A program made the position numbers and the translations under genes. 32,000 bases of DNA from Nonlabens ponticola (GTDB lineage: Bacteria; Bacteroidota; Bacteroidia; Flavobacteriales; Flavobacteriaceae), in NCBI RefSeq assembly GCF_003966335.1, contig NZ_CP034549.1, forward strand, positions 990,001-1,022,000, written 5' to 3'. Position 1 is the first letter of the stretch. Every line of letters begins with the position of its first letter. This document shows positions 17,046 through 24,853 of the stretch, piece by piece. The notes beneath the pieces were generated by a model, which made no database searches, was not told where the DNA came from, and was given only the letters and a program-made list of their open reading frames with translations.

Positions 17046-20000
17046 ATGAAGAGAATTTCTCTACTCATGCTTCTCTTGTGCTGTGTCACAGGTTGGGCAC
17101 AAATTACCATTACTGGAACAGTCAAGGACGCTGGCGGCGAGTCCATACCTTTTGTCAATATTGTCGAGCGCGGCACTAGTAACGGAACTACATCATCCAT
17201 AGATGGAACCTACTCGATCACTGTTCAACAAAATGCGGTATTGTCATTTTCATATATAGGTTACCAACCGCAAAATTTATCCGTAGGAAGTGATAGTCGC
17301 GTACTGGATGTCACATTGCTAGAAGGTGATTCTTTGAACGAAGTCGTAGTAACAGCTTTAGGAGTCAAGCGTCAAGAACGCGAGTTAGGCTATGCCGTTC
17401 AAACGCTGGAAGAGCAAGATATTCAAGAAGTAAAAGCGGTCAACCTTATCGATAACATCGCTGGTAAAGTGGCTGGTGTGACGGTCACGCCAGGTGCAAC
17501 AGGCGTTGGTTCTTCTTCTAAAATCACCATACGCGGTGAGGCCAGTTTTTCAAATAATAATCCGCTGTTTATTGTGGATGGGACGCCAGTAAATAACAAC
17601 ACAGTATTCAATTTTACTAATGAAGCCGCAGCAGGTTTCCAGGAAGTAGATTTTGGGAATGGTGCAGGCGAGATCAATCAAGATGACATAGCCAGTATTT
17701 CAGTGCTTAAAGGTCCAGCCGCAGCAGCCCTTTATGGTACAAGAGCAGCTAATGGCGCAGTGATCATAGAAACCAAAAGTGGTGGCAGGCAACCTGGATT
17801 GGGTATTTCATACAACACCAGCTTTTTTGTGGATACGGCTTTCAAATTACCAGAATTCCAAAACGAATACGGTCAAGGAAACAGTGGCCAGTTTGAATAT
17901 GTCGATGGTCTTGGCGGTGGTATCAACGACAATATTTCCTATTCTTGGGGTCCGCGGTTGGATCAAGGATTGCTCATCCCGCAATTTGATAGTCCTGTGA
18001 CCTTGCCAGATGGTACGGTCGTGCGCGGTGGCGATACCTCACTTTATAGTGGCTTGCCTATCACGGCGACACCTTTTGTGAGTAATCCAGATAATCTCAA
18101 GAACTTCTATGAGACTGGTTACACGGCAATCAATAATATCGCTGTGAGCAATGGTTTTAACGGTGGCGACTATCGTTTAAGCTTTACAGATTTACGCAGC
18201 GAAAGCATCATTCCTGGTGTGAATCTGGATCGACAGACTATTTCAACAAAACTGAACTTTACACCCAATACTAAGACGCGCATCAACGCCAGTATCAACT
18301 ATGTCAACAGCGGCTCAGACAATAGGCCGTCTAACGGTTACGGTAGTGAGAACGTGAACTATTCATTGGTCGCTTGGGGTCCACGATCACTGAATATTGA
18401 AAATTTACGTGACTACTGGCAGCCAGGTCTGGAAGGCGTGCAGCAGTACTCGTTTAACTATACCTTTTTTGACAATCCGTATTTTATACTGCGTGAGAAC
18501 CGCAACAGTTTTGGCCGTGATCGTGTTTTTGGGAATGTTTCTTTGACCAGAGAATTGACGCCAGAACTTACCGCGACCGTGCGTACAGGAATGGATTACA
18601 GCAATGAGAAGCGACGCTTTTTACGCAACTATTCTACCAACCGATTCCGCAATGGTGCTTATGCTGAGCATGATGTTTTTTATCGTGAGGTCAACACAGA
18701 CTTTTTGCTCAATTACAAGAAGCAATTTGGTGATATCAGTCTTGACGCTAGTGCTGGTGCAAATCGTTTGTCACAATCTGCCCAGACAACGCAAATTCAG
18801 ACTACTAGTCTTGCGCAGCCTGGTATTTTCTCATTGAACAATGCAGCGAGCCCGATTGAGACCTTTGGCTTTACTTCTAGGAAAAGGATTAATAGTGTTT
18901 ACGCTTTCGCGAAAGCGGGATACAAAAATGTCTTATATCTAGATATTACAGCCCGTAACGACTGGTCCAGCGCCCTTGCAACGCCGTTCACTGCAGATAA
19001 CACCTCATTTTTCTACCCATCGGTATCCACCAGTTTTATCTTCAGCAACGTGGTAGATTTACCGCGAGTAGTGGATTTTGCAAAAATACGAGCCAGTTAT
19101 GCGCAGGTAGGAAACGACACAGACCCATACCAGACGCAAGGGACATTCTTGTCGCAAACGCCCGTAAACTCGCAGCCTACCTTTACCAATCAGGACTTTA
19201 TTCCCAATGCCAACTTGAGACCAGAAACAACATCCAGTGTGGAGTTAGGCTTTGACTTGAGATTATTGAAACAGCGTTTGAACATTGACTTTACCTACTA
19301 CAATGCTGTGACTGACGATCAAATCTTATCGTTACCTATCGCCCTTTCTTCAGGATTTAGCCAGCAAGTTGTGAATGGTGGATCGGTAAGAAATCAAGGT
19401 GTGGAAATCATATTGAACGCGATACCCGTACAAACTGCAGATTTTCAATGGAGCACAACGGCAAATTTTGCCAGTAGCAGAGCTGTCGTTGAAGACCTGC
19501 CACAAGATGAAGGGCGATTGACGCTAGGATTTTCAAGAGTGTACAATAGCGCAGACCAGACGGTTTTCCATCAAGTAGAAGAAGGTGGCAGAGTAGGCGA
19601 CTTGTACGGTACAGGATATCTGCGCAATGAAGACGGCGATTTTATCCTGACCGATGAAGGACGCTTTATTGCAGATCCTGAATTGAGAAAATTAGGTAAT
19701 TACAATGCAGACTTCACGCTGGGATTGACCAACTCATTCCGTTACAAAAACTTTGATGCGTCCTTTTTACTAGACTGGAGACAAGGCGGCATTCTGGTGT
19801 CTAGAACTCTTTCATTAGGCGCCGTTGGTGGCCAGCTGGAAGAAACAGCAAATCGACCAGAAGAAGGCATCGTTGCTGATGGTGTTGTGAATACTGGAAC
19901 TGCAGATAATCCAGTTTTTACCAGAAACACCACAGCAGTAACTGCCGAAAGTTACTACCGTCAATTCTACGACCGCAACCATGAGGAAAACAATGTATAT

Positions 20001-20258
20001 GATGCCAGTTATTTAAAGCTGCGTCAGTTTTCTGTAGGCTACAATTTTGATTTGAAAAAAGGTGCGTTAGGTCTTTTCACTGAAGGCGCGACCATGCGTG
20101 TTTCCTTGATAGGTAGAAACCTATTTGCTTTTAGTGAGATACCACATTTTGATCCAGAACAACTTGCCGTGCAAGGTCAAGGCTTTGTAAACGGAGTTGA
20201 AGACATGTCGTATGCATCAACCCGTAGCATAGGAATCAAGGCTGGAATTAATTTTTAG
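17046..20258 (+). CDS. SusC/RagA-family TonB-dependent outer-membrane receptor
   Basis: 1070 aa. A signal peptide and carboxypeptidase-regulatory-like domain (ITITGTVKDAGGESIPFVNIVERGTSNGTTSSIDGTYSI) are followed by a plug (LNEVVVTALGVKRQ...) and a large barrel. A SusD-like gene follows. Confidence 0.92.
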   Translation: MKRISLLMLLLCCVTGWAQITITGTVKDAGGESIPFVNIVERGTSNGTTSSIDGTYSITVQQNAVLSFSYIGYQPQNLSVGSDSRVLDVTLLEGDSLNEVVVTALGVKRQERELGYAVQTLEEQDIQEVKAVNLIDNIAGKVAGVTVTPGATGVGSSSKITIRGEASFSNNNPLFIVDGTPVNNNTVFNFTNEAAAGFQEVDFGNGAGEINQDDIASISVLKGPAAAALYGTRAANGAVIIETKSGGRQPGLGISYNTSFFVDTAFKLPEFQNEYGQGNSGQFEYVDGLGGGINDNISYSWGPRLDQGLLIPQFDSPVTLPDGTVVRGGDTSLYSGLPITATPFVSNPDNLKNFYETGYTAINNIAVSNGFNGGDYRLSFTDLRSESIIPGVNLDRQTISTKLNFTPNTKTRINASINYVNSGSDNRPSNGYGSENVNYSLVAWGPRSLNIENLRDYWQPGLEGVQQYSFNYTFFDNPYFILRENRNSFGRDRVFGNVSLTRELTPELTATVRTGMDYSNEKRRFLRNYSTNRFRNGAYAEHDVFYREVNTDFLLNYKKQFGDISLDASAGANRLSQSAQTTQIQTTSLAQPGIFSLNNAASPIETFGFTSRKRINSVYAFAKAGYKNVLYLDITARNDWSSALATPFTADNTSFFYPSVSTSFIFSNVVDLPRVVDFAKIRASYAQVGNDTDPYQTQGTFLSQTPVNSQPTFTNQDFIPNANLRPETTSSVELGFDLRLLKQRLNIDFTYYNAVTDDQILSLPIALSSGFSQQVVNGGSVRNQGVEIILNAIPVQTADFQWSTTANFASSRAVVEDLPQDEGRLTLGFSRVYNSADQTVFHQVEEGGRVGDLYGTGYLRNEDGDFILTDEGRFIADPELRKLGNYNADFTLGLTNSFRYKNFDASFLLDWRQGGILVSRTLSLGAVGGQLEETANRPEEGIVADGVVNTGTADNPVFTRNTTAVTAESYYRQFYDRNHEENNVYDASYLKLRQFSVGYNFDLKKGALGLFTEGATMRVSLIGRNLFAFSEIPHFDPEQLAVQGQGFVNGVEDMSYASTRSIGIKAGINF
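18903..18916. repeat. Iterated palindrome, copy inside the SusC-like barrel
   Basis: Perfect copy covering codons 620-624, A-F-A-K-A (SVYAFAKAGYK). Flank is TTTAC...GG. Confidence 0.95.
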
Positions 20259-20329
20259 AACTAGGAATTATAAGTAAAAGTGAGGACTGAGGCACTCGAA
20301 GTCCGACTCAATAACTTGAAACAAATAAA

Positions 20330-21784
20330 ATGAAACACATATATAAATACAATATAATACTGCTTGCCATCATTAGCGCCATTGCAGTGTCCTGTACGGA
20401 TGATTTTGAAGAAATCAATACTAATCCCAACGCACCTGTAAGCGTGCAGCCTAGTTTGCTGCTGCGTCAAGTGATTTATGATTATGGGGAGCAAATGTCT
20501 TATGAGGGTTTTGTGGCTGGTGGCTTGCTGAGTCAGCATTTGACGGCACTGGATTTTAATCTATTCGATAGGCATGCATTGAAGAGCCCGCAATTGGGCG
20601 GTGATCCATGGCCTATTTTTTACAGAAACTTGAGAGACAATGAGATCATTCTAGAGCAAGCGCAAACTACTCCAGCCTTTGCGGTTTATGAAGGTCCATC
20701 GCTCATATTCAAAGCTTACATGACTGCTGCGCTGACTGATATTTTTGGTGACGTCCCTTACTTTGAAGCGTTCCGTGGATTGGATGGTACTGTGCAAGCA
20801 CCTTATGATTTGCAGGAAGACATATACTTACAGCCTGGCGGAATCTTAGACAACCTCGATCAAGGAATTGCCGCAATCGAGAATTATGAAGGATCCATAC
20901 CGCTTGAAGGTGACGTTTTGTTCAACGGTGATCTGGATGGTTGGGTGCGATTTGCAAACAGTTTGAAGATCAAAGCACTGATGCGTATTTCAAATAAGGT
21001 AGATGTAAGCGACCAGCTGCAGGAACTGTTTGATGAGGGAAATTACATCAGCGATAATTCTGAAAATGCAGTATTTAACTTTACTGATGGCGAGCCTAAT
21101 AACTTCCGTTTGGCGCGATTGAGAGCTGGTGACTTCAATAACTTTGTAATGAGCGAGACCATGGAAGAAGTGCTGGACGATCAAGACGACGCTCGTGTAG
21201 AAGTGCTTTTTAGACCTAGAGCCAACAACGATGACGGCGATGACTATGAAGGTTTGATTAATGGTATAGACGCATCTTCAACATCGGTCAGTCTGGCAGA
21301 TTTCTCGCTGGCTGGAACTATTTTCCGTGAGAATACAGGTATGCTGGACGCCAACTACATGACCGCATGGGAAACCAACTTCCTACTTGCAGAGGCCGCT
21401 CAACGTGACCTGATTGAAGCTGATGCCGAAGATCTCTATGAAACCGCTGTAGAGCAAGCCTATGAATACTGGAATACGGAATTGCCAGAGGATTACCTCG
21501 ATGAAGAAGGCGCTTTTGATGATAACGACAACGACCCAATCGAGCAAATCATTACTCAAAAATGGATCGCCAGCATGATCAATGGTTATGAGGGTTGGAT
21601 CGAGTGGCGACGTACTGGATTTCCAGAGCTTAAAAATGTATCGGCTAGTTTAAACAACGGCATCATACCAGTAAGAATGCCTTATCCAACTGAAGAAGCA
21701 GCACTCAACGCAGACAATTACAATGTAGCAGCTAGCGCCACTGATGGTAATAGTATTAATGCACCTGTTTGGTGGGATGAATAG
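20330..21784 (+). CDS. SusD/RagB-family nutrient-binding outer-membrane lipoprotein
   Basis: 484 aa with a lipoprotein signal (AIAVSC-TDDFEEINTNPNAP), the typical N-terminus of the shorter SusD-like subfamily. It lies immediately downstream of the SusC-like gene. Confidence 0.85.
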   Translation: MKHIYKYNIILLAIISAIAVSCTDDFEEINTNPNAPVSVQPSLLLRQVIYDYGEQMSYEGFVAGGLLSQHLTALDFNLFDRHALKSPQLGGDPWPIFYRNLRDNEIILEQAQTTPAFAVYEGPSLIFKAYMTAALTDIFGDVPYFEAFRGLDGTVQAPYDLQEDIYLQPGGILDNLDQGIAAIENYEGSIPLEGDVLFNGDLDGWVRFANSLKIKALMRISNKVDVSDQLQELFDEGNYISDNSENAVFNFTDGEPNNFRLARLRAGDFNNFVMSETMEEVLDDQDDARVEVLFRPRANNDDGDDYEGLINGIDASSTSVSLADFSLAGTIFRENTGMLDANYMTAWETNFLLAEAAQRDLIEADAEDLYETAVEQAYEYWNTELPEDYLDEEGAFDDNDNDPIEQIITQKWIASMINGYEGWIEWRRTGFPELKNVSASLNNGIIPVRMPYPTEEAALNADNYNVAASATDGNSINAPVWWDE

Positions 21785-21785
21785 G

Positions 21786-21827
21786 GATTAACGATTAATG
21801 ATTTGAGATTTTTGATTGAAGATTAAG
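21786..21827. repeat. Six tandem heptads GATTNNN with exact 7-nt period
   Basis: GATTAAC GATTAAT GATTTGA GATTTTT GATTGAA GATTAAG. GATT occurs at 21786, 21793, 21800, 21807, 21814 and 21821. The tract starts 2 nt after the susD-like stop. Confidence 0.8.
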
Positions 21828-21838
21828 AATGCCTGGTT

Positions 21839-21954
21839 GAGCGTAGTCGAGACCTACATTAAAAGTCAAAAGCTGATAATAAACTTCATACGTGTCAAAA
21901 TATATAGGTGCAACAATAATATGATTAACATCGAGATAGCTCTCGACTGCGCTC
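21839..21954. repeat. 14-bp inverted repeat (GAGCGTAGTCGAGA / TCTCGACTGCGCTC) enclosing 88 bp of AT-rich DNA
   Basis: Arms lie at 21839-21852 and 21941-21954, with 13/14 positions complementary. It sits in the 211-bp spacer between the susD-like and SSS transporter genes. Confidence 0.6.
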
Positions 21955-21995
21955 GAGCAAGCATATTCTTGTAAACGAAAATTAATAACAAACAC

Positions 21996-23345
21996 TTGGA
22001 TTTTCTAACCCAAACATCAACCTTACAGTGGTTGCTCATCATCGCGAGTAGTGTGATCTTTTTCATACTGGCACCCTATGCCAAAGATGTAGCTACGTTC
22101 TTCAAGGCGCAGCATCGCGGTAAAGCTCCCAGCATGATGATGTTGACGGGTAGCTTGATTATCTCATGGATTTTTGCCAAAAGCATTACCAATGCAGCCA
22201 ATCTGGGATTAGAATTTGGTCTGGTAGGTGGCGTGGCCTATGCTGGATATTATTTGTCATTTGCGGTAGCTGGCGTTATTATTTATCAGCTGCGCACCAG
22301 TGGTGGTTATAATAGCATACATCATTTTCTGACTGATAAATTCGATAAACAAGCGGTGGCGCTTTTTTCTATTTTGATCAGCTTCAGATTGTTTAATGAA
22401 GTCTGGTCTAACACTATGGTTATTGGGACCTATTTTGGCGACATAGGTAGCACACCTTACTACGCAGCTATATTAGTATTCACAGTTCTCACACTTGCCT
22501 ACACATTGAAAGGTGGTCTGAGCAGTTCAATATTTACTGATGTGATCCAGATGGTGCTATTCTCCGTATTATTGGTAATCATTCTGAGTGTTATTTTCTC
22601 AAAACCTGAAATCTCGACCACCAGCGTATTGAATAGCGGTACCTGGTCAATGGAGCTTGGATTGAACTTGTTTTTTGCAGCTATTCTTCAAAGTTTCAGC
22701 TACCCATTTCACGATCCAGTATTGACAGATCGCGGATTTATCACCAGCCCAAAAGTCATGCGTAAAAGCTTTTTATGGGCAGCACTATTGGGTGGAGTTT
22801 GTATTGTGTTATTCAGCTTGGTTGGCGTGTATGCACAGCAAGCAGGTTTGCAAGGTCAGGCCGCTGTTGAGGTCGCAAAAAAGCTAGGCGTTGTCCTGCT
22901 GCTCATTATCAATTTCATCATGATTACCAGTGCAGCCAGCACGCTAGACAGCACATTCAGCAGTTTTTCAAAATTGCTGACGATTGATTTGAATCTGGGA
23001 AAGACGGTCACTTTTGGACGTGTTATGATGGTTTTGGTCGCCGTCTTAGGAACCATTCCTGTATTCCTTGATGCCGAGATCCTAAGCGCCACCACCATCA
23101 GCGGTACCATGGTTATTGGGCTTACTCCAGTCTTCCTGCTATGGAAAATGAACGCACCTAAAATCAGCTATTTTTTATCGGTCATTTGCGGTCTGGTTTT
23201 TGGAATTCTACTCGTGTTTCAATGGTATCCACAAGAGCTTATCTTTACCACTGGAAAGTACGCAGATTTACTATGGCTCAACGTTTACGGCATCGCTATC
23301 AGTTTCCTATTATTCCTCATACCATCATGGATAAAAACATCATAG
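21996..23345 (+). CDS. Sodium:solute symporter (SSS/SLC5)-family transporter, substrate unknown
   Basis: 449 aa and polytopic. It has an SSS-type signature, YTLKGGLSSSIFTDVIQMV (GG...TD..Q). TTG start. The first in-frame ATG would delete the first TM helix. Confidence 0.75.
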   Translation: MDFLTQTSTLQWLLIIASSVIFFILAPYAKDVATFFKAQHRGKAPSMMMLTGSLIISWIFAKSITNAANLGLEFGLVGGVAYAGYYLSFAVAGVIIYQLRTSGGYNSIHHFLTDKFDKQAVALFSILISFRLFNEVWSNTMVIGTYFGDIGSTPYYAAILVFTVLTLAYTLKGGLSSSIFTDVIQMVLFSVLLVIILSVIFSKPEISTTSVLNSGTWSMELGLNLFFAAILQSFSYPFHDPVLTDRGFITSPKVMRKSFLWAALLGGVCIVLFSLVGVYAQQAGLQGQAAVEVAKKLGVVLLLIINFIMITSAASTLDSTFSSFSKLLTIDLNLGKTVTFGRVMMVLVAVLGTIPVFLDAEILSATTISGTMVIGLTPVFLLWKMNAPKISYFLSVICGLVFGILLVFQWYPQELIFTTGKYADLLWLNVYGIAISFLLFLIPSWIKTS

Positions 23346-24172
23346 ACTTAGGTAAAAAGAGCGGTAAGATGCTCCTTTTTGGTGGTGTTTATAGTAATCT
23401 ACAAGCGTTGGAGAGCCTAATAGATCTTGCCCAAAAAGAGGGCATTGCACCAGAAAACTGCCTTTGCACAGGTGATATTATCGGTTACTGCGGTCAACCT
23501 CAAGAGACGCTCGAGTTGTTCAAAAATTGGGGTGTGCACAGCATTTTGGGCAATGTAGAAATCCAGTTGCGCGATGACGAGGATCACTGCGGCTGCGATT
23601 TTACCACAGGCTCTCGATGTGATAATTTTAGTGAGATCTGGTACGCTTTCGCGAAAGCAAACTTACCAACAGCATCCAAACAATATTTTCAATCCTTATC
23701 AGACCACATACTTTTTGAGTTCGCTGGTAAGAAGGTAGGCGTCGTACATGGCAGCTATGATCACGTGTCGCAGTTCATATTCAATTCAACGAATTGGTAT
23801 GAAAAGCAAGCTAGCCTTGATGCTCTCAACGCAGACGTAGTTGTTGCTGGCCACTGCGGTTTGCCTTTTCATGATTCTCAAAATGGTCAATTATGGCTCA
23901 ATCCAGGTGTCATAGGTATGCCTGCCAATGATGGGACGACAAGAACCTGGGCGATGATTCTAGATGATGCTGATGGTTTAAATTTTGAGCACGTTACTTT
24001 GCAGTATGACTTTAATACAGCTGCTGATTTTATGAAAAAGCATCACCTACCGCAGGAATATGCGCACACCCTGAAAACTGGTATTTGGGATAATATGGAA
24101 ATTTTACCTGATTCAGAAAAGTTGGAGCAAGGCAAGACCATCGAACTTGATGTTCAAAAAGCTGTAGTTTGA
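23327..24172 (+). CDS. Metallophosphoesterase-fold protein with degenerate metal-binding motifs and an extra Cys cluster
   Basis: MDKNIIDLGKKSGKMLLFGGVYSNLQALE...TGDIIGYCGQP...GNVE...HCGCDFTTGSRC...VHGS...GHCGLPF...NPGVIGMPANDG. The order and spacing match calcineurin-like phosphoesterase motifs. I prefer the ATG at 23327, which overlaps the transporter end by 19 nt, over the ORF-track start at 23186, which lies inside the transporter. Confidence 0.7.
   Translation: MDKNIIDLGKKSGKMLLFGGVYSNLQALESLIDLAQKEGIAPENCLCTGDIIGYCGQPQETLELFKNWGVHSILGNVEIQLRDDEDHCGCDFTTGSRCDNFSEIWYAFAKANLPTASKQYFQSLSDHILFEFAGKKVGVVHGSYDHVSQFIFNSTNWYEKQASLDALNADVVVAGHCGLPFHDSQNGQLWLNPGVIGMPANDGTTRTWAMILDDADGLNFEHVTLQYDFNTAADFMKKHHLPQEYAHTLKTGIWDNMEILPDSEKLEQGKTIELDVQKAVV
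23645..23658. repeat. Iterated palindrome, copy inside the phosphoesterase-fold gene
   Basis: Perfect copy covering codons 107-111, A-F-A-K-A (IWYAFAKANLP). Confidence 0.95.
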
Positions 24173-24663
24173 TGAGAAGTCTTTTAGTTCTTACAGTGAT
24201 GTTGATATGTTCCGCTTTCGCGAAAGCGCAATCCATAAAATCAGTACTTGAAAAGTATAACCAGCACAGTGTTCCCTACATCACAGTTCAGGAAGTCAAA
24301 ATGGATTATGAAAACTACGTAATCCTTGATACGCGCAAAAAAGAAGAGTTTGAGGTAAGTCACCTGCCAGGTGCTTATTGGGTGGACGCTAATTTTGATC
24401 AGAATAATTTACCAAAATCGTTGAGAGATAATCCTAAGAAGCTTGTAATCGTTTACTGCACGATAGGTGTGCGTAGTGAGGATTTTGGCGAGCGACTTGT
24501 TGAGGCTGGTTACAAGAATGTGAGAAACTTATACGGTAGCATTTTCTCTTGGAAAGATGCTGGATATGAATTGGTTGACGACTTAGGTCAACCGACTGAT
24601 AGCGTACATACTTATTCAAAAACTTGGAGCAAATACCTCAAAACTGGAATTCCTATAAATTAG
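24172..24663 (+). CDS. Secreted rhodanese-like (sulfurtransferase) domain protein
   Basis: Signal peptide MRSLLVLTVMLICSAFA-KAQS. The rhodanese active-site loop is VIVYCTIGVRSE, followed by NLYGSIFSWKDAGYEL. The ATG overlaps the upstream stop (TGATG). Confidence 0.85.
   Translation: MRSLLVLTVMLICSAFAKAQSIKSVLEKYNQHSVPYITVQEVKMDYENYVILDTRKKEEFEVSHLPGAYWVDANFDQNNLPKSLRDNPKKLVIVYCTIGVRSEDFGERLVEAGYKNVRNLYGSIFSWKDAGYELVDDLGQPTDSVHTYSKTWSKYLKTGIPIN
24214..24227. repeat. Iterated palindrome, copy in the rhodanese signal peptide
   Basis: Perfect copy covering codons 15-19, A-F-A-K-A (CSAFAKAQSI). Flank is TCC...GC. Confidence 0.95.
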
Positions 24664-24667
24664 TCTT

Positions 24668-24853
24668 ATGAACGATCTCAAAATCCCCAAGTGGTTTTGG
24701 CAACTTATGATTCTGTGTTGTCTAGTTGGCGCTGGTTTTGCTGGATATTACCTGATAATTGATAAAAACGAAGAAACAGGATACGTATGGTACGTGTTCC
24801 TGTTTCTTATGGCTTTATGGTATGCATTGCGACAAATGCGCAAGGCAGATTAA
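24668..24853 (+). CDS. Small membrane protein (61 aa, two predicted TM helices)
   Basis: WFWQLMILCCLVGAGFAGYYLII and YVWYVFLFLMALWYAL are hydrophobic helices. It starts 4 nt after the rhodanese stop. No family was recognised. Confidence 0.5.
   Translation: MNDLKIPKWFWQLMILCCLVGAGFAGYYLIIDKNEETGYVWYVFLFLMALWYALRQMRKAD

Noticed and set aside
18192-18206. TTACGCAGCGAAAGC inside the SusC-like gene (read L-R-S-E-S). It resembles the conserved flank plus the right half of the iterated palindrome with 3 nt missing, so I considered it a decayed twelfth copy.
   Set aside because: It is too diverged to separate from chance similarity by eye. It would need a genome-wide profile of the element to score it.
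21795-22066. Two overlapping minus-strand 66-aa ORFs in the susD-to-transporter spacer.
   Set aside because: They run through the heptad array, the inverted repeat and the AT-rich DNA, and the second overlaps the transporter start. Their sequences look like translated repeat or AT-rich DNA, with no motif support.
23186-23326. 47-codon N-terminal extension of the phosphoesterase-fold ORF.
   Set aside because: It lies entirely inside the 3' end of the SSS transporter gene in another frame, and the encoded sequence (MRSGFWNSTRVSMVSTRAYLYHW...) is Arg/Ser-rich. The ATG at 23327 gives a typical N-terminus just before motif I.
14370-24853. The SusC/SusD pair as a recently inserted mobile or horizontally acquired cassette splitting the radical SAM cluster.
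   Set aside because: I saw no flanking direct repeats, integrase, transposase or tRNA. Base composition looks similar to the neighbours by eye, and the pair itself carries a copy of the genome's iterated palindrome, arguing for long residence. Proper testing needs k-mer or GC analysis and comparative genomics.
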